Assembly (NCBI GenBank): GCA_021803465.1
Contig: JAJZLL010000062.1
Location: forward strand, 1,287-65,286
DNA from: a bacterium
GTDB taxonomy: Bacteria > Chloroflexota > Dormibacteria > Aeolococcales > Aeolococcaceae
Direction: 5' to 3'
DNA length: 64,000 nucleotides
Part shown: positions 18,902 to 29,637 of the stretch, piece by piece
How the letters are laid out: every line of letters begins with the position of its first letter
How positions within the stretch are numbered: the first letter of the stretch is position 1
Position numbers and translations under genes: made by a program
The notes under the pieces: model-generated
Seen by the model: the letters and a program-made list of their open reading frames with translations, nothing else
Told to the model about the DNA's origin: nothing
The model's database searches: none

Positions 18902-19186
18902 GCGTATATCTCATCAGAAAGGTGGTGCCGAGGGTCAAACGCTTGCCAAGCAGCACTGGCCCCACACAGTGCCAGCGGCAAGAATGGAATCTGCGAAAGG
19001 AGTTCTGCTCAGCAGGGAAGAATGGAAGGACTTCGTTGGAATGTGTCCATCCAGGAGAGCCCAGCGCTTGTGCACAACTGCGTGAAGAGACGAACGAAGC
19101 ATGCTTTCTTGACTGCGCACCACCATGCATGGAATCCGACTGTCGATGTTGCGCACTGCACAGGCTCGAGACTGCATGTGCCTGGG

Positions 19187-19660
19187 CTACAGTTCCAGTG
19201 ACTTCACGATGCTCTTCGATGCTTGTGCACTGTTCACATACTGTTCCCCAATCCGGGCAACAATGAGTGACCTTGCACGTTCGATCATCTCAGGAGCCCT
19301 GGAAATGAAGTGCACAGCCTCATCGAGCCGATATTGTGCTGGGGGGCCACTTCTGCTGGCTTTGGCACTCATGATGTCCCGTCGTCGAATGAGATTCTGC
19401 CGTGGCCAGACAGGCGTCATGACTACCTTGTTCATGAGCAGAACGTGCCGGGTTTCATCCGTGCAGGAGTACGGATTGTAGGCAACTCTCGCTTCAACTG
19501 ACACTGTGGTGCCATCCCTGAGCGTGAAGGAGTCGCCAGGCTGAAGGTGATCCGCAATGTGGGAAGCGATTGCTGCCACATTGCCCATGAGCGTTGCACG
19601 CGATGCAGCAACCTCATCAAGCACCCGGGATTGCTGAACAGCGTTTGCTCCATCATTCAT
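19187..19660 (-). CDS. hypothetical protein
   Basis: ATG at 19660 with GAGGG 9 nt upstream (the track ORF starts at a TTG at 19699). No family recognised. Confidence 0.5.
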   Translation of the reverse strand: MNDGANAVQQSRVLDEVAASRATLMGNVAAIASHIADHLQPGDSFTLRDGTTVSVEARVAYNPYSCTDETRHVLLMNKVVMTPVWPRQNLIRRRDIMSAKASRSGPPAQYRLDEAVHFISRAPEMIERARSLIVARIGEQYVNSAQASKSIVKSLEL

Positions 19661-19753
19661 GACTGCAGCCCTCACATCGCGACAATATACTGACTTCAAG
19701 CCTAGAGAAAATGTCGGGACTCTGCACAGACAATGAACGATGCGAGGTGACTG

Positions 19754-20233
19754 CTAGGCAATTTCTGGAGTCTGGGTACTGGCAGATTGCAGGACTCTCG
19801 TCCGAGCCTGGATGGACTCGGGCAGGTACCTGTTGATCCGGGAGAGTTCTGTGAATGCGCGCTTCTGCTGAGCTCGGAACCGGCTGTCCGTCATGAAGGC
19901 GGACATGAGATCCTGGATCTCCGGCTGCTGGTTGGCAAGTTCAGCACATGCCTGCGCATCGGAAAGCAGGGCACGGATGCCCTCTGTCCACTGGACAAAG
20001 GCAACCTCTTCAAGGAGACGGGCTGTCCGGGCATCAGGCTGCTGGAACATGATGCGGAGCCGGGCATTGACCATGTTCGTGGGATCCGGACGGCTCACAC
20101 CGAAGTTCGCCTTCATGAACGCTGCGATTTCACGCCGTGCAACGGCAATGCCCGCACGGAAGCTTGTCATGTCCTCGATCGCCTCGTCGAGACGCTGGAG
20201 AAGCTGCTGCTGTGCTGGTGTGGACATGTCCAT
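19754..20233 (-). CDS. hypothetical, predicted all-helical protein
   Basis: ATG at 20233 with GGGAGGA 7 nt upstream. The longer track ORF (to 20509) overlaps hutH and is rejected. No family recognised. Confidence 0.55.
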   Translation of the reverse strand: MDMSTPAQQQLLQRLDEAIEDMTSFRAGIAVARREIAAFMKANFGVSRPDPTNMVNARLRIMFQQPDARTARLLEEVAFVQWTEGIRALLSDAQACAELANQQPEIQDLMSAFMTDSRFRAQQKRAFTELSRINRYLPESIQARTRVLQSASTQTPEIA

Positions 20234-20245
20234 CAAGATATCCTC

Positions 20246-20277
20246 CCTCGTGCCTCTTGCGCCTCGTGCCTCTTGCG
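20246..20277. repeat. perfect 16-bp tandem duplication (CCTCGTGCCTCTTGCG x2) in a divergent control region
   Basis: Read directly at 20246..20261 and 20262..20277. It lies immediately upstream of the RBS of the minus-strand hypothetical gene and about 90 bp upstream of hutH. Confidence 0.85.
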
Positions 20278-20369
20278 CAATTATGCGGTAAAGATCAGCG
20301 CATCCGTGGATCGATGGAGTCGTCCCAGGAAATTGGCAGATCGTGCCCCGGTCGCGGTACGCTCTCCGC

Positions 20370-21902
20370 ATGATTTCCCTCCGTGAGCAGAGCTGCACCC
20401 CAGAGGATGTCGTTGCTGTTGGCCGCAGCCATGCGGAGGTCAGCATCGAGGATGCAGTACAGTCCGCAATGGAGCCATCAAGGACGCTCGTGGAGCATCT
20501 TGCAACCACTCATGCGCGGGTGTATGGAGTCACGACAGGATTTGGCGCGCTTGCCACGACTGTCATTCCCGAGGAGGAACGGCTTGAGCTCCAGCGTTCC
20601 ATTATCCGGAGCCATGCAGCAGGAGTCGGAGCGCCAATTCCCAGCGAGATCGTGCGTGGCATGATGTTCCTCCGGGCCCGGAGCCTTGCAGCTGGATACT
20701 CCGGTGTGCGGTACGCTCTCGTCGAGACGTATATTAACGCGCTCTCAAACAGCCTTGTGCCCTGGGTGCCCGAGCACGGTTCCCTTGGAGCTTCGGGAGA
20801 TCTGGCACCACTTGCGCATGTCGCTCTTGCTCTGGCAGGAGAGGGGATGTTCCTTGGAGAGGGGGGGCAGCAGCTGAGTGCGGAGGCGGTGCTCCGTGAG
20901 AAAGGCATATCACCTCTGGCAGTGGATCTCAAGGAGGGGCTGGCCCTCATCAATGGAACGGACGGCATGGCAGCGCTCATGTCGTTTGTCATTGTCGATC
21001 TTGAAGACCTCCTCGACTTCGCTGATGCAGTGGCTGCGCTCAGTGTGGAAGCGCTTCTTGGCACTGATTCTACGTACCGGGAAGCAGTGGTGGGTCTCCG
21101 TCCATCTGCAGGACAGGGAAGAAGCGCTGCAATCATCAGGGCGATGCTTGAGGGCAGCGACATTGTCGCATCCCACCGCAATTCAGACCATGTTGTCCAG
21201 GATCCGTACTCCCTCCGCTGCACGCCGCAGATCCATGGCGCAGCACGGGACGTCACGTCCGCTGCACGGGGGTTTGTTGAGCGGGAGCTTGCAAGCGTTG
21301 TTGACAATCCTGTGGTGTTTGCTGAGGCGGGCGAGCTTGCGAACACGGGGAACTTTCATGGCCAGGGACTTGCCTATGCTGCTGACATGTGCGCCATGGT
21401 GCTTGCTGACCTTGCAGCGCTGGCGGAACGCCGGGTCAACCGGATGCTTGATCCTGCACGGTCGAACGGTCTTCCCGCATTCCTTACGCCCCATCCCGGG
21501 ACGAACAGTGGCTTCATGATTGCGCAGTACACAGCAGCAGCATGTGTCTCTTCGCTCCGTGCTGGGGCTTCCCCTCTTTCCGTCCACAGCCTCGATACGA
21601 GTGCGGAGCAGGAGGACCACGTCTCGATGGGGTGGGAGGCTGCACTGCGCACATACCGGTCGCTCGCAACCCTGCGGCAGGTGCTTGCCATCGAGGCGCT
21701 CTGTGCTGCACAGGCAGTCCGCCTCAGGAAGCCGCTTGCGCCGGGAAAGGGAACACGCCAGCTCCTTGAGGAGCTTACCGCAGCTGTGCCCCATATGCTG
21801 AAGGACCGGTTTCTCGCTCCAGACATCGATCGGATCACTGAGTATGTTGCTTCAGGATCCTGGCATGCGCTCATTCCTGCACATCAAGGAGATGCTCAAT
21901 GA
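20370..21902 (+). CDS. hutH: histidine ammonia-lyase
   Basis: MIO-forming [11 protein letters not shown] motif, with full-length similarity in pattern to HAL/PAL family proteins. Start trimmed to the ATG at 20370. Confidence 0.92.
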   Translation: MISLREQSCTPEDVVAVGRSHAEVSIEDAVQSAMEPSRTLVEHLATTHARVYGVTTGFGALATTVIPEEERLELQRSIIRSHAAGVGAPIPSEIVRGMMFLRARSLAAGYSGVRYALVETYINALSNSLVPWVPEHGSLGASGDLAPLAHVALALAGEGMFLGEGGQQLSAEAVLREKGISPLAVDLKEGLALINGTDGMAALMSFVIVDLEDLLDFADAVAALSVEALLGTDSTYREAVVGLRPSAGQGRSAAIIRAMLEGSDIVASHRNSDHVVQDPYSLRCTPQIHGAARDVTSAARGFVERELASVVDNPVVFAEAGELANTGNFHGQGLAYAADMCAMVLADLAALAERRVNRMLDPARSNGLPAFLTPHPGTNSGFMIAQYTAAACVSSLRAGASPLSVHSLDTSAEQEDHVSMGWEAALRTYRSLATLRQVLAIEALCAAQAVRLRKPLAPGKGTRQLLEELTAAVPHMLKDRFLAPDIDRITEYVASGSWHALIPAHQGDAQ

Positions 21903-23569
21903 CTTCCACTGCACTTCACCGCGTCATACGTGCTCCCCGTGGCAGCACGCTCACAGCCAGGTCGTGGCAGACAGAGGGACCACTACGGTGCCTCATGAAC
22001 AATCTCGATCCTGATGTCGCTGAAGATCCCGACAGGCTCATTGTCTATGGAGGTCAGGGGCAGGCTGCACGGAGCTGGGAAGCGTATGACGCCATTGTCC
22101 GCTCGCTTACCTCGCTCGGGGAAGATGAGACGCTCCTCATCCAGTCTGGAAAGCCAGTCGGCATCCTTCAGACACATGAATTTGCGCCACGGGTTCTCAT
22201 CGCGAACTCGCTCCTTGTTCCCCAGTGGGCAACATGGGAGCATTTCTGGGAGTACCAGGCGATGGGACTCACGATGTTCGGACAGATGACTGCAGGATCC
22301 TGGATCTACATCGGCACGCAGGGTATCCTCCAGGGCACATACCAGACGTTCGCAGCGCTTGCGGAAAAGTGCTTTGGCGGAAGTCTCAAAGGGAAGCTTG
22401 TCCTAACTGCAGGACTAGGCGGCATGGGTGGCGCGCAGCCACTTGCCATCACGATGAATGACGGTGTCGCGCTCTGTGTCGATGTCGATCCGCACAGGAT
22501 TGACCGACGGGTGGAGACACGGTACCTCGATGAGGCTGCGGACTCGCTCCATGATGCCCTTGCCAGCTGCCTCAGGGCGAAGGAGGAGGGGCGTGCACTC
22601 TCTGTTGGTGTTGTGGGAAATGCTGCGGAGATCTTCCCGGAGCTTGTGAAGAGGGGCGTTGCCATCGATGTGGTGACAGACCAGACAAGCGCCCATGATC
22701 CGCTCAATGGCTATGTGCCTGCTGGCCTGTCACTTGAGGAAGCGGCTGACCTCCGTGAACGTGATCCCCATGGATACATCGACCGTGCACGGGAGTCCAT
22801 GGCACAGCACTGCGAGGCGATGGTCGCCTTCCAGAAGCGTGGAGCCGAGGTGTTCGACTACGGAAACTCCCTCAGGGAGGAGGCGAAGAATGGAGGGTTT
22901 GCTGACGCATATTCCTTCCCGGGATTCGTGCCCGCATACATCCGTCCACTGTTCTGCGAAGGGAAGGGACCTTTCCGCTGGGTGGCGCTCAGTGGTGATC
23001 CGAAGGACATTGCTGCAACGGACAGGGCAGTTGCTGAACTCTTTCCCGACAATGAGGATGTGCAGAGGTGGCTCCGTCTTGCTGAGGAGCGGGTGGCATT
23101 CCAGGGGCTGCCTGCAAGGATCTGCTGGCTTGGTGCTGGAGAACGGCATCTTGCAGGCATGCGTTTCAATGACCTTGTCGCTTCTGGTGACGTCACGGCT
23201 CCCATTGTCATTGGCAGGGACCATCTTGACAGCGGAAGTGTCGCCTCCCCACTCCGGGAGACGGAGTCAATGAGGGACGGGAGCGATGCCATTGCGGACT
23301 GGCCCATCCTCAATGCGCTTGTCAACACGGCAAGTGGTGCATCCTGGGTTGCTGTTCATCACGGAGGCGGTGTGGGAATGGGCAGGGCAATCCATGCTGG
23401 TGCACAGGTAGTTGTCGATGGCACTGCGATGGCGCGAAAGCGTGCGGAACGGGTTCTCACGAACGACCCAGCACTCGGAGTCCTCCGGCATGCGGATGCA
23501 GGATATCCTGAAGCTGTTGCTGCAGCGCATGCGAAGGGAATCGTCATTCCCATGGAGCAGGAGCAGTGA
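21899..23569 (+). CDS. hutU: urocanate hydratase
   Basis: [18 protein letters not shown] and [12 protein letters not shown]. About 555 aa, typical for the family. ATGA overlap with hutH. Confidence 0.92.
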   Translation: MTSTALHRVIRAPRGSTLTARSWQTEGPLRCLMNNLDPDVAEDPDRLIVYGGQGQAARSWEAYDAIVRSLTSLGEDETLLIQSGKPVGILQTHEFAPRVLIANSLLVPQWATWEHFWEYQAMGLTMFGQMTAGSWIYIGTQGILQGTYQTFAALAEKCFGGSLKGKLVLTAGLGGMGGAQPLAITMNDGVALCVDVDPHRIDRRVETRYLDEAADSLHDALASCLRAKEEGRALSVGVVGNAAEIFPELVKRGVAIDVVTDQTSAHDPLNGYVPAGLSLEEAADLRERDPHGYIDRARESMAQHCEAMVAFQKRGAEVFDYGNSLREEAKNGGFADAYSFPGFVPAYIRPLFCEGKGPFRWVALSGDPKDIAATDRAVAELFPDNEDVQRWLRLAEERVAFQGLPARICWLGAGERHLAGMRFNDLVASGDVTAPIVIGRDHLDSGSVASPLRETESMRDGSDAIADWPILNALVNTASGASWVAVHHGGGVGMGRAIHAGAQVVVDGTAMARKRAERVLTNDPALGVLRHADAGYPEAVAAAHAKGIVIPMEQEQ

Positions 23570-24474
23570 ACTGCCAGGAGTGGCTTGCAGCAGGAACGTC
23601 CCGTGAGCCAGCACTTGTTGTACGTGGAGCCCCCGTAGGGAGGATGTCGAGGAGCCCTTCGAAGGCGTGGACAACGCCAGGCGCATTCAGGGCTGCCCTT
23701 TCCCGCTTTCCCACGTGGGATGCCCGCCATGCGCACCGCCTTGAGGAGCTATCCGTGCTCGATGCGGGAGATGGGCCAAGTGACGAGGACAGTGACACTG
23801 CTGCTGCGCACGATGCCATCGGTGAATTTGCCAGAAGCCAGCATGCGGGAGAAGTCCTTGCATTCATCGGTGGAGACAACTCGATCACCTTTCCTGCGCT
23901 CCATTCCCTCATGGCAGCGGATGCCACTGCGACCTGGGGCATCATCACCCTCGATGCGCACCACGACACGCGTCCCCTCACTGATGGTTCAAGCAATGGC
24001 ACACCCATCAGGGAACTCATCATGGCAGGTCTTCCGGGAAGGCGTGTCGTGCAGATAGGAATTGCGCCGTTTGGGAACGGAGAGGACTATGCAGCATGGA
24101 CCCGCGAGCAGGGTGTGGTCATTCATGATCTGGAGGCAGTGCGGAGGGCTGGACCATCCCACATCATTCATGACAGTGTCAACCACCTCCTGACCCAGGG
24201 CATGACGCACTGCTACGTGGACTGCGACATCGATGTCGTTGACCGCGCGTTCGCTCCTGCGTGCCCTGGCAGCATGCCGGGGGGGCTTCTGCCAGAAGAG
24301 CTCCTTGCAATGATGTATGAGCTTGGCACTGTTCCGAACGTGCACGGAGTGGACTGTGTGGAGGTGGATGCGTCCCAGGATGTTGCAGGCATGACAGTCC
24401 GTCTCATGGCTGCAGCTTTCGTTTCCTTTGCAAGCGGGATGTGCGCCAGGTCGGGAAGCAGTCATGGAGCATGA
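23566..24474 (+). CDS. hutG: formimidoylglutamase (arginase fold)
   Basis: Arginase-family metal motifs [14 protein letters not shown] and [12 protein letters not shown] overlap with hutU, and it sits inside the hut operon. Confidence 0.8.
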   Translation: MNCQEWLAAGTSREPALVVRGAPVGRMSRSPSKAWTTPGAFRAALSRFPTWDARHAHRLEELSVLDAGDGPSDEDSDTAAAHDAIGEFARSQHAGEVLAFIGGDNSITFPALHSLMAADATATWGIITLDAHHDTRPLTDGSSNGTPIRELIMAGLPGRRVVQIGIAPFGNGEDYAAWTREQGVVIHDLEAVRRAGPSHIIHDSVNHLLTQGMTHCYVDCDIDVVDRAFAPACPGSMPGGLLPEELLAMMYELGTVPNVHGVDCVEVDASQDVAGMTVRLMAAAFVSFASGMCARSGSSHGA

Positions 24475-25717
24475 CGAAACGCTCGTTGTCCACTCCATTG
24501 GGCAGCTAGTGACCCTTGATGCGGCGCGAGGCGACATGCTCGGCATTGTTCCCAATGCGACACTTGTCGCCCGTGGAGGTGTCATCACGGACATTCTTGG
24601 CGAAGGAGAGGGCATTGACTGGGATGCGCTTCCCCACGATGTCACTGAGATTGATGCGAACGGTGCAGCAGTGGTGCCAGGCTTCGTTGACTGCCATACC
24701 CATCTCGCCTGGCTGGGCAACAGGCGTGAGGAGTATCTCCAGCGTGCTCATGGGGCCTCGTACGAGGAGATTGCTGCAGCTGGTGGGGGAATTCGCGCAA
24801 CCATAGAGCACACGGGAAGGGGCACACCCGAGAAGATCGCGCATGCGATGGCAGGGAGACTTGCCACCATGCTTGCGAGCGGCACAACGACAGTCGAGGT
24901 GAAGAGCGGGTACGGTGGAACGCTTGAAGGCGAGGAGAAGCAGCTGCAGGCTGTCAGGCTTGTCATGGAGGACAGTGACCGTCTCCAGCCGGAATGCATC
25001 GCAACCTTCCTTCCCCTTCATGGAGCAGTGCCGGATCCTGGAGAAAGGAGCCAGTGGATACACGAGGTCATCACCGAAGGACTCCCACGGATGAGGAAGC
25101 ATGCCACGTTTGTCGATGTCTTCTGTGAGGAGGGAGCCTTCTCGCCGGAGGAGTGCATGGACGTGCTTGGAAAGGCGAATGAGCAGGGGTACCACTGCAA
25201 GGTGCATGCGGAGCAGCGGACCCACAGCGGAGGAAGCATGGTTGCTGCATACTGCCATGCGACAAGTGCGGACCATCTCGACCACGCAACAGGGCGTGAT
25301 GCGGAGGCGCTTCGCGCATCAGGGGTTGTCGGAGTCCTCCTTCCTGGAGCTTCACTCATCCTTGATGGACCGCCCCCGCCAGGACGAATGCTCATGGAGC
25401 ATGGTCTGGAGATTGCCCTTGCAACAGACTGCAATCCCGGCACCTGCTATGCGGAGTCGATGCCGCTCATGATGTCCCTTGCAGTTGCCTATGCTGGACT
25501 CACGCCTGAAGCAGCGCTCCGTGCTGCAACGCTCGGAGGCGCCCATGCCCTCCGTCTCCAGGACCGTGGCATGATTGCACCAGGAATGCGTGCGGACATC
25601 CTGGTGCTCTCCGCTTCATCCTGGATAGATCTCGGCTACCACATGGGCGCATCCCTTGTGCAGCTCATTGTGCAGAATGGTCGCATCATTCCACGGGGAC
25701 TCACCCATGTCATCTGA
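24464..25717 (+). CDS. hutI: imidazolonepropionase
   Basis: PGFVDCHTHL metal-binding motif, KVHAEQ and ATDCNPG. Start at the ATG at 24464, overlapping the hutG end by 11 nt. Confidence 0.9.
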   Translation: MEHDETLVVHSIGQLVTLDAARGDMLGIVPNATLVARGGVITDILGEGEGIDWDALPHDVTEIDANGAAVVPGFVDCHTHLAWLGNRREEYLQRAHGASYEEIAAAGGGIRATIEHTGRGTPEKIAHAMAGRLATMLASGTTTVEVKSGYGGTLEGEEKQLQAVRLVMEDSDRLQPECIATFLPLHGAVPDPGERSQWIHEVITEGLPRMRKHATFVDVFCEEGAFSPEECMDVLGKANEQGYHCKVHAEQRTHSGGSMVAAYCHATSADHLDHATGRDAEALRASGVVGVLLPGASLILDGPPPPGRMLMEHGLEIALATDCNPGTCYAESMPLMMSLAVAYAGLTPEAALRAATLGGAHALRLQDRGMIAPGMRADILVLSASSWIDLGYHMGASLVQLIVQNGRIIPRGLTHVI

Positions 25718-26165
25718 CACGACTCTCGTCATCACAGATTTCCCATCACTTGGCCCAGATGGCGTATATGACATTCTCGCTCTCCGCTCAGCAGTGTTTG
25801 TTGTCGAGCAGCAGTGTCCGTATTTCGACATGGATGATGTGGATCGGGAATCTACAACGCTCCATTACCGGGCTCTGCAGCAAGGCACGCTTGTCGCGTA
25901 CCTTCGCACCTTCCCCCATCCGGAAGATGCCTCAGCCCTGCACATAGGCCGTGTGTGTACTGATGCTGCCCATCGGCATGAGAGGCTTGCAACCCTGCTC
26001 ATGAACGCTGTGCTTGGACGTGATCCGGGAAGGACGATGCATCTCAATGCCCAGGCGTACCTTGAGGAATGGTACGGGAGCTTCGGCTTCGTGAGATCTG
26101 GTGAGCCATTCGATGAGATTGGCATCCTCCATGTTCCGATGGTGCGTGCTGCACCTGGGCAGTGA
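25707..26165 (+). CDS. GNAT family N-acetyltransferase (ElaA-like)
   Basis: YDILALRSAVFVVEQQCPYFDMDD resembles the ElaA N-terminus, with an acetyl-CoA region RHERLATLLMNAVL. It overlaps the hutI end by 11 nt. Confidence 0.75.
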   Translation: MSSDTTLVITDFPSLGPDGVYDILALRSAVFVVEQQCPYFDMDDVDRESTTLHYRALQQGTLVAYLRTFPHPEDASALHIGRVCTDAAHRHERLATLLMNAVLGRDPGRTMHLNAQAYLEEWYGSFGFVRSGEPFDEIGILHVPMVRAAPGQ

Positions 26166-26171
26166 GTGCTG

Positions 26172-26687
26172 TTACCGCCTTGCTGCACTGCGCTTGCGTG
26201 CATGTCTCCGCTTTCGGGATGGAGCGCCCTTCGTGCTGGAGCGGGAAGCAGCAACGGCACTCCCTTTGCCGTTCCTTCGGAAATGGAGGACGGCAAGCAG
26301 CACGAAGAACAGCACGACAGATGCGATCACTGCTGCAGGAGAACGGGAAGCGAGGACGAGCTCGGAGAGGCGTATGGCGATGAGGGTGACATCCGCAATG
26401 GCAAGCACCAGCATTGTGCGGAGATACAGGGGATCCCGACGGAGCGTGTTGAGGGGACTGCCATACCCTCCTGGGCGGAAGCTCCTGAACACGATCCAGA
26501 TCCCAAGGAGAGGAATCCATACCCCAAGGAGAATGATCACTGCTCCCACAGCTGTTCCTGCACCTGCTGCAGCTTTTGGCATGCGTACGCGGAGGAACCG
26601 GTAGATGTGGATGCTGCCCACAGCTGCGGCGGCTGCTGCGAGATCAAAGAGGAGCAGAATGCCAGCAAATGTCACCAGGTAGGTCAT
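26172..26687 (-). CDS. hypothetical membrane protein (4 TM) with basic C-terminal tail
   Basis: A hydrophobic ORF starting at the ATG at 26687. The upstream part of the track ORF (to 27032) is antisense to ppdK and is rejected. Confidence 0.55.
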   Translation of the reverse strand: MTYLVTFAGILLLFDLAAAAAAVGSIHIYRFLRVRMPKAAAGAGTAVGAVIILLGVWIPLLGIWIVFRSFRPGGYGSPLNTLRRDPLYLRTMLVLAIADVTLIAIRLSELVLASRSPAAVIASVVLFFVLLAVLHFRRNGKGSAVAASRSSTKGAPSRKRRHARKRSAARR

Positions 26688-26826
26688 GTTGCACCTATCG
26701 TGCCATGGATCACCTGCCTGTGACAGCGCAGTGCCAGGTTGACGATGGCGCTCTCCCTCGGGAGGGGTGCGCTTTGGTACTCTCGTACCAAGCATCCCCA
26801 GAAGACCACGGAGGAGGGTCGAGCAC

Positions 26827-29541
26827 ATGACCACGGCTTCGAATACCCGCACCATCACCAAGCCATCGACAGAGACAGCACGCAAGCGGTCGCACAAGTG
26901 GGTGTGGCTGTTCGAGGAGGGGAGTGCAGACAGGCGTGACCTTCTTGGCGGCAAGGGTGCAGGGGTTGCGGAGATGACGCGGGCAGGCCTTCCCGTTCCT
27001 CCAGGATTCACGATCACGACGGAAGCCTGCAATGCCTTCTACGAGACAGGAAAGACGTTTCCCGAGGGCCTCTGGGACCAGGTGCTTGCAGCGCTCGCGC
27101 ATCTGGAGAAGAAGACAGGCAAGCATTTTGGGGATGCGCGGAATCCGCTTCTTGTGAGTGTGCGGAGCGGTGCGAAGTTTTCCATGCCAGGCATGATGGA
27201 TACAGTCCTCAACCTTGGTCTCAACGCCACAACCCTCAAGGGTCTCACCGAGCTCACAGGTGATGAGCGGTTTGCGCTCGATGCGTACAGGCGGTTCATC
27301 CAGCTTTTTGGCAAAATTGTCCTTGGCATTGACGGGGATCTTTTCGAGCATGAGCTTGATGCTGTGAAGAAAAAGACGAAGGCTGAGTCCGATGCAGCAC
27401 TCACGCCAAAGGCGCTCCTTGATGTCATAGACCGCTACAAGGGGATTGTCGAGCGGGAGGGAAACGCTCCCTTTCCCGAGGATCCTGTCGACCAGCTCCG
27501 TGCAGCAATTGGTGCAGTGTTCGACTCGTGGAACAACAAGCGGGCCATTGACTACCGGAACTTCAACAAGATTCCCCATGATCTTGGTACTGCAGTCAAT
27601 GTCCAGACCATGGTGTTTGGGAACATGGGAAACGATTCGGGAACGGGCGTCGCATTCACGCGGGATCCCAACACGGGGGAGAAGGTGCTCTTTGGCGAGT
27701 ATCTTGTGAACGCACAGGGCGAGGATGTAGTCGCAGGAATCCGCACTCCGCAGGAGATCGTCCAGATGGAGACGGAACTTCCGGAAGTGTACCGGCAGTT
27801 CGAGAAGATTGCGAAGAAGCTCGAGCGCCACTACCGCGATGTGCAGGACATGGAGTTCACGATTGAGAAGGGCAAGCTCTTCATGCTCCAGACGAGGACG
27901 GGAAAGAGGACAGCGCAGGCTGCAGTGCAGATAGCTGTCGACATGGTGCATGAGCGGCTCATCTCCCGCAAGGAGGCAGTGCTGCGCATTGAGCCACAGC
28001 AGATCAACCAGCTCCTCCACCGGCAGATCGACCCGAAGGCAGAAGTGTCACTCATCACCACGGGTCTTGCCGCTTCGCCAGGGGCTGCCTCAGGGAAGGC
28101 GGTCTTTGATGCGGACCGTGCTGAGGAGATGGCTGCAGCAGGAGCGAAAGTGCTGCTCGTCCGCATCGAAACGAATCCTGATGATGTCCATGGCATGTTT
28201 GCAGCGGAAGGCGTCCTTACTGCCCGTGGTGGCAGGACTTCGCATGCTGCTGTTGTGGCACGTGGCATGGGCAAGCCCTGCGTTGCAGGAGCGGAAAAGC
28301 TTGATGTCGATCTCAAGGGTAGGAAGTTCACCTGCAGTGGCATCACTGTCAGGGAAGGGGACACCATCACGATCGATGGCACGACAGGCCGGGTCATCAG
28401 TGGAGAGGTTCCGCTTGTCGATCCGACAATGAGCGGCGCCCTTGAGGAGCTTCTCTCCTGGGCGGACAAGTTCAGGCGTCTCCAGGTGTGGGCGAATGCT
28501 GACTATCCCCGCGATGCGGAACGTGCAGTCTCCTTCGGCGCTGAAGGGGTTGGCCTCTGCAGGACAGAGCACATGTTCATGGAGCAGGAACGCCTTCCCA
28601 TTGTCCAGCGCATGATCCTTGCACCCTCGGCCGAGGGTCGGCAGAAGGAGCTGGATCTGCTGCTTCCCATCCAGCGGAGCGACTTTGAGGGCATCTTCAC
28701 TGCCATGGACGGAAAGCCTGTCATCATCCGTCTCATTGATCCTCCACTCCATGAGTTCCTTCCTTCGCACGAGACGCTCCTTGTCGAGGTGACGAAGCTC
28801 GAGCAGGAGGGAGGACACGCGAAGGAGCTCGAGGAGAAGCGGAAGCTGCTCCATGCAGTCGAGTCGTTCCGTGAGCAGAACCCGATGCTGGGCCTCCGCG
28901 GATGCAGACTTGGACTGCTCTTTCCGGAAATCATCACGATGCAGGCACGGGCAATCCTTGAGGCAGCAGTCCGTGTGATGAAGAAGGGGATCACTGTTCA
29001 CCCAGAGATCATGGTTCCCCTTGTCGGGCACCGCACGGAGCTGCAGAGGACCATGGCTGTTATCCGGCATGTGGCGGACGAGGTCTTCACAGAGGCTGGG
29101 ACTGAGGTTCCCTACCTCATTGGAACAATGATCGAGCTTCCCCGTGCTGCGCTCACTGCAGGACAGATTGCCGAGGATGCGGAGTTCTTTTCCTTCGGCA
29201 CGAACGATCTCACCCAGACAACACTGGGTGTGTCGAGGGACGATGCGGAAGGCAAATTCCTCCAGTTCTACCTCACCGAGAAGATCCTTTCCCAGAATCC
29301 CTTCGAATCGATTGACAGGCAGGGAGTGGGAAGGCTCATGGCCATTGCTGTCGATGAGGGAAGGAAAACGAGGCCAGGCATGAGTGTGGGCATCTGTGGT
29401 GAGCATGGAGGGGATCCGGACTCCATTGCGTTTTGCGAATCCCTTGGCATGAACTACGTCTCGTGCTCTCCATACCGTGTTCCAATCGCACGGCTTGCTG
29501 CAGCCCATGCGAGGCTGCAGGAAACCGAGCGGGACCGGTAG
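26827..29541 (+). CDS. ppdK: pyruvate, phosphate dikinase
   Basis: LLGGKGAGVAEM, the phospho-His region GGRTSHAAVVARGMGKPCV, and the PEP-utilizer C-terminus ICGEHGGDP. GGAGGAGGG upstream of the ATG at 26827. Confidence 0.93.
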   Translation: MTTASNTRTITKPSTETARKRSHKWVWLFEEGSADRRDLLGGKGAGVAEMTRAGLPVPPGFTITTEACNAFYETGKTFPEGLWDQVLAALAHLEKKTGKHFGDARNPLLVSVRSGAKFSMPGMMDTVLNLGLNATTLKGLTELTGDERFALDAYRRFIQLFGKIVLGIDGDLFEHELDAVKKKTKAESDAALTPKALLDVIDRYKGIVEREGNAPFPEDPVDQLRAAIGAVFDSWNNKRAIDYRNFNKIPHDLGTAVNVQTMVFGNMGNDSGTGVAFTRDPNTGEKVLFGEYLVNAQGEDVVAGIRTPQEIVQMETELPEVYRQFEKIAKKLERHYRDVQDMEFTIEKGKLFMLQTRTGKRTAQAAVQIAVDMVHERLISRKEAVLRIEPQQINQLLHRQIDPKAEVSLITTGLAASPGAASGKAVFDADRAEEMAAAGAKVLLVRIETNPDDVHGMFAAEGVLTARGGRTSHAAVVARGMGKPCVAGAEKLDVDLKGRKFTCSGITVREGDTITIDGTTGRVISGEVPLVDPTMSGALEELLSWADKFRRLQVWANADYPRDAERAVSFGAEGVGLCRTEHMFMEQERLPIVQRMILAPSAEGRQKELDLLLPIQRSDFEGIFTAMDGKPVIIRLIDPPLHEFLPSHETLLVEVTKLEQEGGHAKELEEKRKLLHAVESFREQNPMLGLRGCRLGLLFPEIITMQARAILEAAVRVMKKGITVHPEIMVPLVGHRTELQRTMAVIRHVADEVFTEAGTEVPYLIGTMIELPRAALTAGQIAEDAEFFSFGTNDLTQTTLGVSRDDAEGKFLQFYLTEKILSQNPFESIDRQGVGRLMAIAVDEGRKTRPGMSVGICGEHGGDPDSIAFCESLGMNYVSCSPYRVPIARLAAAHARLQETERDR

Positions 29542-29637
29542 GCCATTGGCTGCCATTTGTCCGCCCTGGATGATTGCCACTAAGACGATGACTGCCGTAT
29601 CGTTAACACTCAGAGCATGGTGAAAGGGAGAGGGACT

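Noticed and set aside
18892-19266. Cys-rich 124-aa plus-strand ORF (and the 80- and 95-aa minus-strand ORFs) in the 285-bp gap upstream of the P-loop kinase
   Set aside because: There is no RBS. They overlap one another and neighbouring genes, and their composition is typical of out-of-frame GC-rich sequence. I cannot support any of them as a gene.
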